This document shows, in pieces, positions 9,806 to 19,775 of a DNA stretch of 64,000 nucleotides; the first letter of the stretch is position 1, and every line of letters begins with the position of its first letter. Under the pieces are notes generated by a model, which had not been told where the DNA came from, did not search any database, and worked only from the letters and a program-made list of their open reading frames with translations. The translations under genes and the position numbers were made by a program. Source of the DNA: Vulcanimicrobiota bacterium (GTDB lineage Bacteria > Vulcanimicrobiota > Vulcanimicrobiia > Vulcanimicrobiales > Vulcanimicrobiaceae); the NCBI GenBank assembly GCA_963777315.1, contig CAVZQC010000003.1:44344-108343 (forward strand). The letters run 5' to 3'.

Positions 9806-11973
9806 CGTGTATCCTGCAGAGCGAAGTTGACGTCTTCCATGAGGCCGTCGTCGAAGAGTCCGTGCACCAAACGCTGCATCGACCACGTGCTGTTCATGCG
9901 CGCGTTCGAGAAGGGACGAACGGTCTGCGGAATCGTCGCCGGATCCACGCGTAGCACGTGCATCCCGGGCCTCACGGCCGCGAACGAGTAGCGTCCGTTC
10001 TGATCCGTAAGGACGGAGCTCCCGTCCTCCAGAAAGATACGCACGCCCGCAATGCCCTCATCGCCTGTGCTGAACCGTCCGGTGCGATGCACGTCCAGAA
10101 ACACGCGGCCCGTGATCACGCCGCGCTGCGAGAACGCTCCGGCGACCACGCGTACGTCGGCAGTTGCGCCGGCCGTCGCCGAAACGGCGGTTCCCGGAAT
10201 CTTCGCTGAAGCGGTCACCGTGTTGACGAGCGTCGTTCCGGCCACCGCTGATGGAAAAACGAGGGCGGCGTAGACGATGTCGTGCGTCGTCGAGGGAGGT
10301 AACGCCGGAACGTTCCAGGTCAGAACGCGCCCGTTTACCGAAGGTTCCAGCGGCGTTGAGTCCATGCGCGCCGTGCCGGGTGCGTACGATTCGCCCGGCG
10401 GAAGCACGTCCGCTACTTGCGTTTCACCGAGTCCGGATTGCGATGGATTCCCGAATTGGATCGTGTAGATCAGCCGATCTCCGGGCTGCGCGACCGGCTT
10501 ATCCACCGCTTTGCTCACCGAGATCGATCGCGCGGTGAACAGCGGGACGTTTCCGAACAATCCGAACACGTTGGCAAGCGTTACGTTGGCGGAAGTCAGC
10601 ACAAAACCACCTGCTTGCGCCAGCGGCTGACCGTCCAGCGACGAAGCCGTGACGTCGTACAGCATCTTGCCGGCATCGAGTTTTATAATCAGACCGATCT
10701 TGCGGTTCATGAATCCCGGAGCGGTAATCGTCAGGAAAAACTGCGATCCCCCGGGCGCAATCATGCTCGGCGCGACCGCGAAGGAATACGCGCCGTTCGC
10801 GCCGGTGGTGAACGGATTCTGCGTGTTCGCCGTATCGACGGGCGGCACGCCGCTCATATTCACCGGTTTACCGTTTGCATCCAATAGCGTGACGACTGCT
10901 GCGCCCACCGGGCGATCGGCATTTGAAGGATCGAAAACGAGGTTTGCAGTCCCGATCAGCACGCTCGCAGGCGTCGTATTGGTGGCGGATACGCCGTCGG
11001 CCGCCACTTGCGCAACGTTGGTGAAGGTCGCACCGGTCGTCGAATTGGCCAGAACCGAGGCAGTAAAGGAGACGTCGAACGTCGCCCCGGCCGCAACCGA
11101 AGGAATGCGGACCGACAGCGTCCGACCGGAAAGCGTCGCAGCCGAACCCGCCGGCGACCCGTCGAGCAGCACCGACGAAAGATTCGCTTGCAATCCGGCC
11201 GGAACAACATCGGTGACCACCACGTTCGTCGCTGCCGCTTCGCCCGAGTTCTTCGCGCGAATGTCGAACGTGACGTCGGCGCCGGGGTTGGACTGTACGA
11301 TCAGCTGCTGATCGACCGTTTTCGATATCTGCGTCGCAGGGCCGCCGATCCCGGTGAATTGCGGACCTTGCGCTGCCAAGGCCCATTGCATGCCGGTGTC
11401 GCTTTGCAATCCGTTGGAGGTACCTGCGACCGTGGTTTGCGCCGTAATGGAAAGCGGAAACGCCGTTCTAAGCGCGATGCCGCCCGTTGAAACGACGATC
11501 TGCAACTCAATGGAGTCACCCGGCGGGACGCTGGGCGAAACCGTCGATCCAATCGTCGCGGGATACGATGCGCCGCCTGCGACGAACGCCGCGGAGAGCA
11601 GCTTACCGGGACCGGTGCTTGCGGTCTGGATCGTGTACGCGTCGGTGACGTTGCTGACGTTCGTGATTGTGAACGCGCGCGTCACGTTCGATCCGGCGGC
11701 GTAGGCGTCGGTCGCCGGATCGACTTTCGATTCCTTCGGCGTGACGGTGAGCGCTCCGACCGGCGCGTACGTTGTAATCACCGGGTTCGAATCGGCAACA
11801 TAACTCTGCCCCGAACCGTCTTCATATGTGGCGGTCGCGGTGTTCTGCACTTTGGAGCCTGCCGGAGTCGCGGTAATCATCGGCCTGAAAGGCGCCGCCT
11901 GCAGCAGTCCCGGTGCGAGCGCAGCCAGCGCGAACACGGGGAGAATCTGCCGAACAACGCGTGCGATGTTCAC
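9802..11973 (-). CDS. Secreted protein with two complete DUF11 domains and a C-terminal SdrD-B-like domain
   Basis: Signal peptide; [96 protein letters not shown]. Confidence 0.8.
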   Translation of the reverse strand: MNIARVVRQILPVFALAALAPGLLQAAPFRPMITATPAGSKVQNTATATYEDGSGQSYVADSNPVITTYAPVGALTVTPKESKVDPATDAYAAGSNVTRAFTITNVSNVTDAYTIQTASTGPGKLLSAAFVAGGASYPATIGSTVSPSVPPGDSIELQIVVSTGGIALRTAFPLSITAQTTVAGTSNGLQSDTGMQWALAAQGPQFTGIGGPATQISKTVDQQLIVQSNPGADVTFDIRAKNSGEAAATNVVVTDVVPAGLQANLSSVLLDGSPAGSAATLSGRTLSVRIPSVAAGATFDVSFTASVLANSTTGATFTNVAQVAADGVSATNTTPASVLIGTANLVFDPSNADRPVGAAVVTLLDANGKPVNMSGVPPVDTANTQNPFTTGANGAYSFAVAPSMIAPGGSQFFLTITAPGFMNRKIGLIIKLDAGKMLYDVTASSLDGQPLAQAGGFVLTSANVTLANVFGLFGNVPLFTARSISVSKAVDKPVAQPGDRLIYTIQFGNPSQSGLGETQVADVLPPGESYAPGTARMDSTPLEPSVNGRVLTWNVPALPPSTTHDIVYAALVFPSAVAGTTLVNTVTASAKIPGTAVSATAGATADVRVVAGAFSQRGVITGRVFLDVHRTGRFSTGDEGIAGVRIFLEDGSSVLTDQNGRYSFAAVRPGMHVLRVDPATIPQTVRPFSNARMNSTWSMQRLVHGLFDDGLMEDVNFALQDTR

Positions 11974-11997
11974 GCCGGATGCGCTAAACGCTTCCCG

Positions 11998-14331
11998 TTA
12001 TTTCGCGATCACCGCGAAGTACAGGATGCCGCCGACCTGTGGCGTCAGCACGAACGTACCGCCGCCGACTTGATCCATGAACGCGTTGGATGCGACCGCG
12101 TTGCCGTTGTCGTTGGGCGTGCTGGATCCGCCGACGACCGCGTACGTCGAGCCCGTGGTGTTGTCGCCGCAGGTTCCCGCAACGTTGCCGCACTGATTGG
12201 TTACCGCAGCACCCGAGGTGAGCGCTTCCTTCAATCCACCCGAATACGTGGCCCAGGTATTCGTGCCGGCGCCGCCGTCTTCGGTGATTTTTAGCGTTCC
12301 CGCGACCATCGCGAGGGCAACGTTTCCTGCTCCACTGACCGTGCTTACCGGAAGCGTATTGAGATAGGCGACTTTGTATTGGATTACGCCGGCCGGACAA
12401 ACGCCGTTCGCCGGAACGGAAGCACCCGCGGGACACCCGGTTGAGAGCACGGTTGCGGTTTTTTGCAGCGAGATGAAGCCGCCCGGCATGAGCACGTGAT
12501 AGGTCGAGTTACTGTACGATCCGGATGCTTGTGAGGTCGCGAGCACCTGAACGTATATTGGATTGAAGTCCGTCGGCGCGTTTGCTCCGCTTGCGCTGCT
12601 GTATTTCACGCAGTACGGCGCGGTCGCGCTCGCCGAAACGGAGATCTGATAGTTGCCTGAGCCGTCTTTGGTAGCCAGATTCGTGCAGTTATAGTCCGTG
12701 TACACGCCGGTCACCGTGACGGCCGCCGGCAGGCTCGGAAACGTAAAGGAGTACGTGTCGTTGCCGCTCGACGTATTCTGAAGATCGCCTGGAACGTTGA
12801 GCACCGTGCCGCCGGGGAGCTGGGCGCCGAACGTGCCGTTGGATCCCAGACTCGCTTGCGTGAAATCGGTGTTGGTAGTGTTGCTGCCGCAGGTCGCGGT
12901 GTTGTAGCAGCCGGAAGCGCCGGCGGCGCCTTTCGGGCCGTTGAGCACACCGGGAACGTTGCTGGTCGTAGTATTCGACAGGCCGTTGGCCGCAGGATTT
13001 CCGCTCGCGGCATTATACGCGGTCGATGGATCGGCGGTACCGTTATTGGGAACCGTTCCCGGCGCGATGCCCGGACCTTCTACAAAGCCCGCGTTGTCCG
13101 CGTATGCCGTGACCGCGACGTTCTTGATCGCATTTCCGGGCGGCAAGTTGGTGAGCGTGAGCGTAAACTCCAGTTCCGCTTGCGCGTTGCTGACGTTGCC
13201 TGCACTCGACCCCGACGACCCGACCGGAATCGCCCCGGTACCGGTGATGTAAACACCCACAAAGTACGCGGTGCCGGCGGATGGAGCGGTGGTCGTCCAG
13301 CCGGATTTTCCCGTGTTGTCCGTGGTGTAGACGATCGTTGCGGTGTCGCCCGCGATGCTGATGTTCTTGGTGATGCTGGCGCTCGAAACGGTAAGCGGCA
13401 CGCCGCCGTTTTGCGGAATCTTGTCGGTGACCAGGATGCCGTTGTTGGTTGCGCTGAGCGCCGAGCCGGTAATCGTCGTACCGCTTTGGCGAATCGACTG
13501 CAGCAACTGCGCGGGCGCAGCGCCGCCGTTGTTCACGTCGATCGTGTAGGTGAGGGTATTGCCCGAAACGACGCCGGCGGTTTTCTGCAAATCCAAGCGT
13601 GCGTCGGCGACGACCGTATCGCCGTACGTGTTCGATACCGCATTGGACGTCGAAGCGCCGTAATTCGAACCGGTCCCCGGATAAGTGATCGTCGCACCGG
13701 CAACCGTAGTGCCCACGGTGCCGGATCCCGCCGTTGTGACTTTATATTGAATCGCCACGTTGATGAACGCGCCTGCTGGCAGGCCGTAGACGTTCGTGTT
13801 TGCGGCCGTCGAAAGATACGTATTGGCTGCGGCGACCGTCGCGAACGTATGCGGCACGCCGTCCGTACCGGTGACGATGACGTTTTGGAACGTACCGGGT
13901 CCGCTGACCGTCGACGTGCCGGCGCCGAGCTGAAAGTAGCCGCTGGAATTTCCGGTGTTCGTCAGCGTGTAAATGTCGTTGATGACGTTGCCGTACACAA
14001 TGGGACCGGCCGGCACGTTTTGATTTTGCGTGGTCGAACCCGGCGCAGTTCCGTTGTTCGTCGTGATCACCAGCGAAGGCGCGTTCTGGACGAACGTCTG
14101 GACTTGATTGGACGTCGAGCTGTAGGTGTTCGTGCCGTCGCTGTATGATGCGCTGGCGGTGTTGTTGATCGCGGTACCCGGCGCGGTGGAGGATGTCGGC
14201 GTTGGCATCGGCGTGTAGATTGGCGGCGGCGTGGCGGCAATGGCGGGTGAAACGCCGATTCTCACCGCCGCAAGAGCCAGCCCACAGGCCAGAACGAAAA
14301 GCAGGGCCAGCAGGCCGCGCGAAGTCTTCAC
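11998..14331 (-). CDS. Large secreted Thr/Gly/Asn-rich DUF11-containing protein (candidate major fibre subunit)
   Basis: GTG 14331 preceded by GAGGA; signal peptide; N-terminal PGTAINNTASASY; internal LQKTA..LTYTIDVNN..VTDKIP..IKNVA; C-terminal LQKTA..GVIQYKVAYLN..ILYFAVIAK. Confidence 0.75.
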   Translation of the reverse strand: MKTSRGLLALLFVLACGLALAAVRIGVSPAIAATPPPIYTPMPTPTSSTAPGTAINNTASASYSDGTNTYSSTSNQVQTFVQNAPSLVITTNNGTAPGSTTQNQNVPAGPIVYGNVINDIYTLTNTGNSSGYFQLGAGTSTVSGPGTFQNVIVTGTDGVPHTFATVAAANTYLSTAANTNVYGLPAGAFINVAIQYKVTTAGSGTVGTTVAGATITYPGTGSNYGASTSNAVSNTYGDTVVADARLDLQKTAGVVSGNTLTYTIDVNNGGAAPAQLLQSIRQSGTTITGSALSATNNGILVTDKIPQNGGVPLTVSSASITKNISIAGDTATIVYTTDNTGKSGWTTTAPSAGTAYFVGVYITGTGAIPVGSSGSSAGNVSNAQAELEFTLTLTNLPPGNAIKNVAVTAYADNAGFVEGPGIAPGTVPNNGTADPSTAYNAASGNPAANGLSNTTTSNVPGVLNGPKGAAGASGCYNTATCGSNTTNTDFTQASLGSNGTFGAQLPGGTVLNVPGDLQNTSSGNDTYSFTFPSLPAAVTVTGVYTDYNCTNLATKDGSGNYQISVSASATAPYCVKYSSASGANAPTDFNPIYVQVLATSQASGSYSNSTYHVLMPGGFISLQKTATVLSTGCPAGASVPANGVCPAGVIQYKVAYLNTLPVSTVSGAGNVALAMVAGTLKITEDGGAGTNTWATYSGGLKEALTSGAAVTNQCGNVAGTCGDNTTGSTYAVVGGSSTPNDNGNAVASNAFMDQVGGGTFVLTPQVGGILYFAVIAK

Positions 14332-14344
14332 TGATGTTCCTCGA

Positions 14345-14848
14345 TTACGGCTTTTTGGCGGCGGGATGTCCGTTGACGCGCACTTCATAGCTGAACGTCT
14401 GCGTCTTATGCGGTGCAAGTGCCCGTGGCGCGATCCAGCGCACGGCCTTGTACAACGCCGGGTCGGCGGCTTTCACGAGCGTTCTTCGCGGCGTCTTCAC
14501 CGAAAAGGCCGGCCGGGCGGACCAGCTCTTCCCATCCAGCGTGTATTGGACGGCGGCATCGTCGCCGCGCGCAGACTGCAGAACGTATGAAGTTGCTTGG
14601 GGGATGGGGCCGACCGGAACGAGTTTGAACGCGGGAGAGGTTCCTACGTTCGTCGCGACGATCGTGTAGCGAACGAGATCGCCGGCCTTGAGCGTCAGCC
14701 CTTGCACGGGCGTTTGTTTGATTTGACCGTTGCTATGCTGCACAAGCACGCCGCTCAAATGCAGTTTCACCGCGGGTGCCGCCGCGGCTGCCGCCGAGCA
14801 GCACGCAAAAATCGCGCCCAACAGTAAAGGCGCGCGCAGAACTCTCAT
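14345..14848 (-). CDS. Small secreted single-DUF11-like domain protein
   Basis: GGGAGG RBS before ATG 14848; signal peptide; AGDLVRYTIVATNVG..GPIPQATSYV..YTLDGKSWS..VRW..FSYEVRV. Confidence 0.8.
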   Translation of the reverse strand: MRVLRAPLLLGAIFACCSAAAAAAPAVKLHLSGVLVQHSNGQIKQTPVQGLTLKAGDLVRYTIVATNVGTSPAFKLVPVGPIPQATSYVLQSARGDDAAVQYTLDGKSWSARPAFSVKTPRRTLVKAADPALYKAVRWIAPRALAPHKTQTFSYEVRVNGHPAAKKP

Positions 14849-14900
14849 GTATCCTCCCAACAGCGTGCGGTGCACCGGACCGCAACGCTTATTAGCACCA

Positions 14901-14927
14901 CTATCGGAAGGGAAGGCTCGCGCTATA
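14901..14927 (-). promoter_or_regulatory. Possible sigma-28 (FliA/WhiG/SigD)-type promoter for the DUF11 operon
   Basis: The minus strand reads TATA-N15-TCCGATAG about 50 nt upstream of the first gene; the sigma-28 consensus is TAAA-N15-GCCGATAA. Confidence 0.3.
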
Positions 14928-14993
14928 GGTGTCCGGCACTGTACATACGAAAATTTAACGCTGCACCGCTCGAGCTCAGCACGCCCACCGATT

Positions 14994-15515
14994 TCACTTC
15001 AGCGCGTCGCCGTACTTACCCGAGAGGTTCTCATTTACTTGACCGGTTTCGCCGGCCCAGGGCTGCTTGGAGTCCTTCATGTCCGTCATCGTCGCAACCA
15101 AGGTATAGCGCGGGTTGATCCTCCTGGCGGCGGTTGGAATAAAACAGCACGATACGATGCTGCAGCTTGAGATGAGCCGCTTGGACGACGATGCTCCGAA
15201 ACGTCGTGATACGTGTAATGTCAGGTCTCCGAATGGACCCTCGATGTTCGTGGCGCTCTCCAATGCTTCGGATTTCAAGACGCGTTTAAACGCCGTGCCT
15301 CGCGTACGCGTAGCGATCATAATATGTTCTTCGTACGGAGCGCTTGCAACGGAAAAGCCGCGTATTGCCTTCGCTGTCGTTCTCAGGCGGAATTGGAAAG
15401 CGTGATGTCGATAAACTGCCCGGCCGTAAACGTCCAATCGGCCGGCTTTGAAATTCGAAAGCCATCGTGCCCTTAGCGGCTTGCTCGCCTTAAGCGGCGA
15501 TATAAACGTCGGCCA
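14994..15515 (-). pseudogene. Decayed ferredoxin-NADP-reductase-type FAD-binding oxidoreductase
   Basis: Fragments across frames: GTMAFEF / TFTAGQFIDITL / EGNTR / GFSVASAPYEEHIMIATR..TAFKRVLK..IEGPFGDLTLH / FYSNRR.ED / NPRYTLVATMT..W.GETG. Several frameshifts, a stop and internal deletions. Confidence 0.75.
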
Positions 15516-15608
15516 CCAAACCGCACAGATAACGTGGACATTTGCCCCCTACGGTGCAACGATGAATCGCGACATTTTTGCTGGGCCGCGGCCCAACGCT
15601 ACGATAGT

Positions 15609-16164
15609 ATGAGGCGCATGCTGCTCACGCTCGGACATGGAACTGCGGCTGAGGATGAACTTGCGGCAATCATTCGTGGAGCGGGGTTCGAGTCGCTCGT
15701 CGACGTCCGCACTGTCCCTAAGAGCCGTCGTCATCCGCAGTTTTGGCGCAAAGAGATGGAACGCTGGGTCCCGGAACGCAGTAGAAGCGCGTATCGGTGG
15801 GAGCCGGCTTTGGGCGGCTTTCGAAAAGCCAATCGCAATAGCCATAACGTCGCCTTGCGTCATCCTTCATTTCGCTGGTATGCCGATTACATGGAGACCG
15901 ATGCCTTCGCAGTCGCGCTCGACGACCTTCTCGCGCAAACGAGGACGGCGCAGGTGGCGATCATGTGTTCCGAAACCGTTTGGTGGCGCTCTCACCGCCG
16001 GCTGATATCGGATGCCGCGCTCCTGCTTCATGGCGTTTCCTGTGCAGCACGTAATGCACGATGGCAAACTTCGGCCGCACATTCCCACGGCCGGTGTTCG
16101 CACGACGGCGGAGGGAACGCTCCGTTATGACGTACTGTTCGAGACCGCTGACGCTATGGATTAG
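15609..16164 (+). pseudogene. DUF488 family protein with a frameshift near the 3' end
   Basis: LLTLGHG, LVDVR..P.SRRHPQF, LGG.R, SFR.YADYM, MCSE.VWWRSHRRLISD. An extra base near 16038 moves the natural tail VQHVMHDGKLRPHIPT..GTLRY into another frame (stop 16164). Confidence 0.75.
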
Positions 16165-16254
16165 ACGAGATTTATATGGCAACGCCATCCGGTCGGATTG
16201 ATGCCGACTTGATGAGGCGGTACGTGTTGCTGGCCGGTAAAACGACCTTATGTT

Positions 16255-17936
16255 TCAGCGGCTCCGCTCGGGACGATTTGCGTAGCTGAATATTGGCCGC
16301 ATTGTCAGCCATGCGTAACCCGCCCCCGCTCGATGTGCTAGCGCCTGCAGTGTATCGATTTCTTCGGGAATATAGTGCGTGTGGTCGGTCTTCGGCCCAC
16401 AAACGATAAACCCAACCAAGTGAGTGCGTGCCGTCATCGGAAGCATGAGCGCCGCCCGCAAGGGGTGCTGCGGTGCATCGCATTCGAAGGGCTCGCTCCA
16501 GCGGCGTAGTCGCAGCACGGCCAGATCGTTTGCCGACAGTATCTCCGGCGTGCCCTGCACAATCGGGTGCGACTGTACGAACGTCGCGCCGTCTGCGGTG
16601 AAGATTGCGACGTATTGCGACTCGAGGCGCATGCGAAGCGTTTGAAGGGTTTGCGCGAGCAGCTGGCCTGGGTCGCTTATGAGATCCACCTCATGAGTGA
16701 AACGGCGGATAGCGGCCAGTGCAAGCGCCTGCGCGTGAAAGATGATGCGGTTCAAGGCCCGTTCGATATATTTGTGCATGCTCGTAATCGAAAAGCCCAG
16801 CGCAAGCGCTAAGGCGACTTCCGCGACGATGTGGAAGCGCGAATGCTCGAGCCACTTCCCGAAAGCCCAATCTGCTAACGCAAGGATGCCGATCGTTAAC
16901 GTCGTCATGAAACCGAAGACAAGAGCACGGCTCACGACGAAGCGAATATCGAACAACCGGTGCTTAAGGATCGTGTATGCCAGGGCAACAGGAGCAACAA
17001 TGAGCCACGCCTGAGTGAGATTTGCGACCGATAACGAAAGTAAACGTCCCGCCGCGTTTTCAACAGCGGTAAAGAAAACGTAGGGCAAAAAGGCGATTGC
17101 GAAAGCGGAGATGGCCCACCGTAGGCGCGTCCGTTCGTCTTGTTCCGAACGCGTATACCTGAAAATCAATACGGCAATGCCCGGCACGTAAAGCGCGGCG
17201 ATGGCTATTTGAATGTCGCTGGTGAGCGCTTGCGGATAACGTATGCCGATTAAGCTCGCGCCGCTGCAGATATTTGCTAGAGCAAGGACCGGCGCGACAG
17301 CGAACCAGAGTATTCGCTCGACGCGTTGAGGCAGGCCGGTGGGCTGCGCATTTGGAAAGCGCAGACCGAACGAAAATAGTGCGAACGGGGCGATCGCCTG
17401 CAGTACCGGGATCGTAAAGAAGCTGAAGAGTACAATGAGCCACGGCGGAAAATACTGGAGTGCCTGATCGCCGTTGTACAAGAAGGAAGAAGAAAATATA
17501 AAGAACGACCACGTCGTGGGCATGGGACGCAGCAGTACCAAAGCGGCAGCGATCAGTGTATACGCCACTAAGGACAAGACAGACTGCAATATCCGTCGCA
17601 TTCTCGGCAAGAGTTCGTGCCCTCGGATGTGCCACCAGCGTCGCGCTTTTTCCGGAAAGTAGCGGTAGCACGATGACTTGTCCGGCGTAGCCGACTCCCA
17701 CGGCGCCTAAGCTTGGTGCGTTCCGCCAGGGTCATCCGAGAGAGGTCGACAGCGTCTCCCACATGCAAGCCTTGGGCGCGCGCATAGTCGTCGACCGCCG
17801 TAACAACCCCGGCGCTATTCGTTCCAAATCCAAAGCTGCTCCAGGGCTGCCATGGATCAACGATGTCGGGGGCAGTAAATGCCAATGCGCCGAGCGCCAG
17901 AAAGAGGATAACGGAGACTCGCAAAAATGTGCGCAT
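16255..17936 (-). pseudogene. Membrane sensor-like protein (PDZ-like + multi-TM + C-terminal GAF-like domain) split by two frameshifts
   Basis: AGGAG RBS and ATG 17936 (MRTFLRV..ARAQGLHVGDAVDL); continues in a second frame (LGAVGVGYAGQ..AENATDI) and then in ORF 16255-17610 (YTILKHRLFDI..LVGFIVCGPK..EEIDTL). Shifts near 17709 and 17570-17590. Confidence 0.7.
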
Positions 17937-18172
17937 AGTCGTCTCTCCTGCGGCTTTTGCTACGGTTTGGGAGGACACCCCTAGGGCGTGGTCGTCGCGT
18001 GCACTGCTCGCAATCGAGTGAGGGTCCGCGTACCCGAGGCCGCCGCTCCAATAGGGAGCGTAACCGTAATACCCGTAATACGGCTTCCAGGACTCGCCGC
18101 TCGGGATTTGCGCTAACTTTGGGTCGTATGCAGGACACTGGACGCAGCCTCGTGGGCTGCATTGGAGAGATT

Positions 18173-18424
18173 GTGAAACTCGTAAACGCAATAAATGCCC
18201 AAGCTCTCAAGCATGCCACGCTGATCGCGGAATCGAACGAGTTTGCGATCTACGATGTCGGCAATGATACCTACGCGCTCGTGCATCGGCATGCAGCCGT
18301 TGAATGGCAAGCCATTACGATCTCGGGCGACGGCCTCTTCCGCGTGCTCGAAATATTGGCTCAGGCTACCCGCACCTTGTACCGAGATGTCGCGGGTGAG
18401 CTTTCAAAGCAACGGCGCTCCTAG
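18173..18424 (+). CDS. Small hypothetical protein (83 aa)
   Basis: GGAGA RBS then GTG 18173; protein-like sequence MKLVNAINAQALKHATLIAESNEFAIYDVGNDTYALVHRH. Confidence 0.6.
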   Translation: MKLVNAINAQALKHATLIAESNEFAIYDVGNDTYALVHRHAAVEWQAITISGDGLFRVLEILAQATRTLYRDVAGELSKQRRS

Positions 18425-18456
18425 CCGAAGCTCGAAGCCGTACTCGGCGACGCGAA

Positions 18457-19638
18457 ATGTTCTGCACGTTTCTTCTGAGCGCAATACTTACCATCGCGCC
18501 CTCCGACGGCTTGCGGGATCGCGCCGTGACGATTGCCGCGCATACGGCGCCGGATCGTGCGCTGGAGTTCGTTCTGCACCTGCGTGATGCCAACGGCGTC
18601 GCTTGGACTTCCCGCGTAGTTGCAGCGACCGACGCGCGCGGCGAGGCCAAGCTCGCCGAACCCAGGCGCCTTTTCAGCAGCGCGCTGCCATCGGTGGGTA
18701 CGGCGCCGTTCGCATGGCCGCGGGATCTGCAGCCCGCCACGGGGAGACTCGAGTTAGTGGAAAACGGTCGCGTCGTCGCGCAACAGCCGCTCGTACGCCG
18801 GCAAATCGGCGCCAATGTGATGCGGCAGCGCATCGCCACGTCGCGCGTGTACGGCGAATCATTCATTCCGCGCAACGGCACATCGCTGCCCGCCGTCGTC
18901 GTTTTGGGAGGATCGGAGGGCGGTTACCCGATCGACATTCCTGCGATGCTGGCCTCCCATCGGATCGCCGCGCTTTCCAGTGCATATTTCGGGGAACCGG
19001 GCTTACCGCAAGACCTCGTGGAAGTTCCAATCGAACGGGTGCGCGACGCGGTGCATTACCTCGCCGCCCTGTCTCGAGTCAACCCGCGCAGAATCGCGGT
19101 GCTCGGCGTTTCGCGCGGCGGTGAGCTTGCGTTCGTCGCCGCTGCGCATTTTCCCGAAATTCGCGCCGCCGCCGGCATCGTGCCAAGCCCGATCGTGGAA
19201 GCCGGATTGCGCTTCGGAAAAAGTCCGGTGAACGAATCAGCCTGGACGCTCCAAGGGAAACCGCTGCCGTTCGCATCTTACGCGCAGATCATGGAGTTCA
19301 TTCGCAGTGGCAACGCCGCGTCGGTCCCAAACGCCGTGATCGATTTTCAGCGCATCAACGGCCCCGTCGCAATCATCGCCGGTGCGGACGATCGCCTCGG
19401 CCTTTCCGGCCTGCTCTTCAGGCGCACGCTCAACCTGCTTCACCTCCGCGCCGGCGATCTGTTCGAGGACTATCGCGGCGCCGGGCACCTCATCGAGATC
19501 CCTTACACGCCGACCGCAAATCGCGAAACCCTTAAAACTCCGTACGGAATGCTCCAATTCGGCGGCAACCCAGACGCGTACGCAGCGGCCGATGCTCAAA
19601 GCTGGCCACTGCTCGTACACTTCTTGTACGCCCACTAA
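18457..19638 (+). CDS. Acyl-CoA thioesterase / BAAT-family alpha/beta hydrolase
   Basis: VVVLGGSEGG, LGVSRGGELA (nucleophile elbow), AGADD, YRGAGHLI.IPY. Confidence 0.85.
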   Translation: MFCTFLLSAILTIAPSDGLRDRAVTIAAHTAPDRALEFVLHLRDANGVAWTSRVVAATDARGEAKLAEPRRLFSSALPSVGTAPFAWPRDLQPATGRLELVENGRVVAQQPLVRRQIGANVMRQRIATSRVYGESFIPRNGTSLPAVVVLGGSEGGYPIDIPAMLASHRIAALSSAYFGEPGLPQDLVEVPIERVRDAVHYLAALSRVNPRRIAVLGVSRGGELAFVAAAHFPEIRAAAGIVPSPIVEAGLRFGKSPVNESAWTLQGKPLPFASYAQIMEFIRSGNAASVPNAVIDFQRINGPVAIIAGADDRLGLSGLLFRRTLNLLHLRAGDLFEDYRGAGHLIEIPYTPTANRETLKTPYGMLQFGGNPDAYAAADAQSWPLLVHFLYAH

Positions 19639-19775
19639 TTGGTTCTTCGGGGGTTGCGGCCGCATTGAGTGAAGTCGATGCACTATAGAGCGGTCCCTCG
19701 ATGGGGTTAAGGTGTTCGTGGAACGGGAATGGGCTCGAAAACGCTGCAGCGTCACGCACCCGGAAAGGAGTTTGT

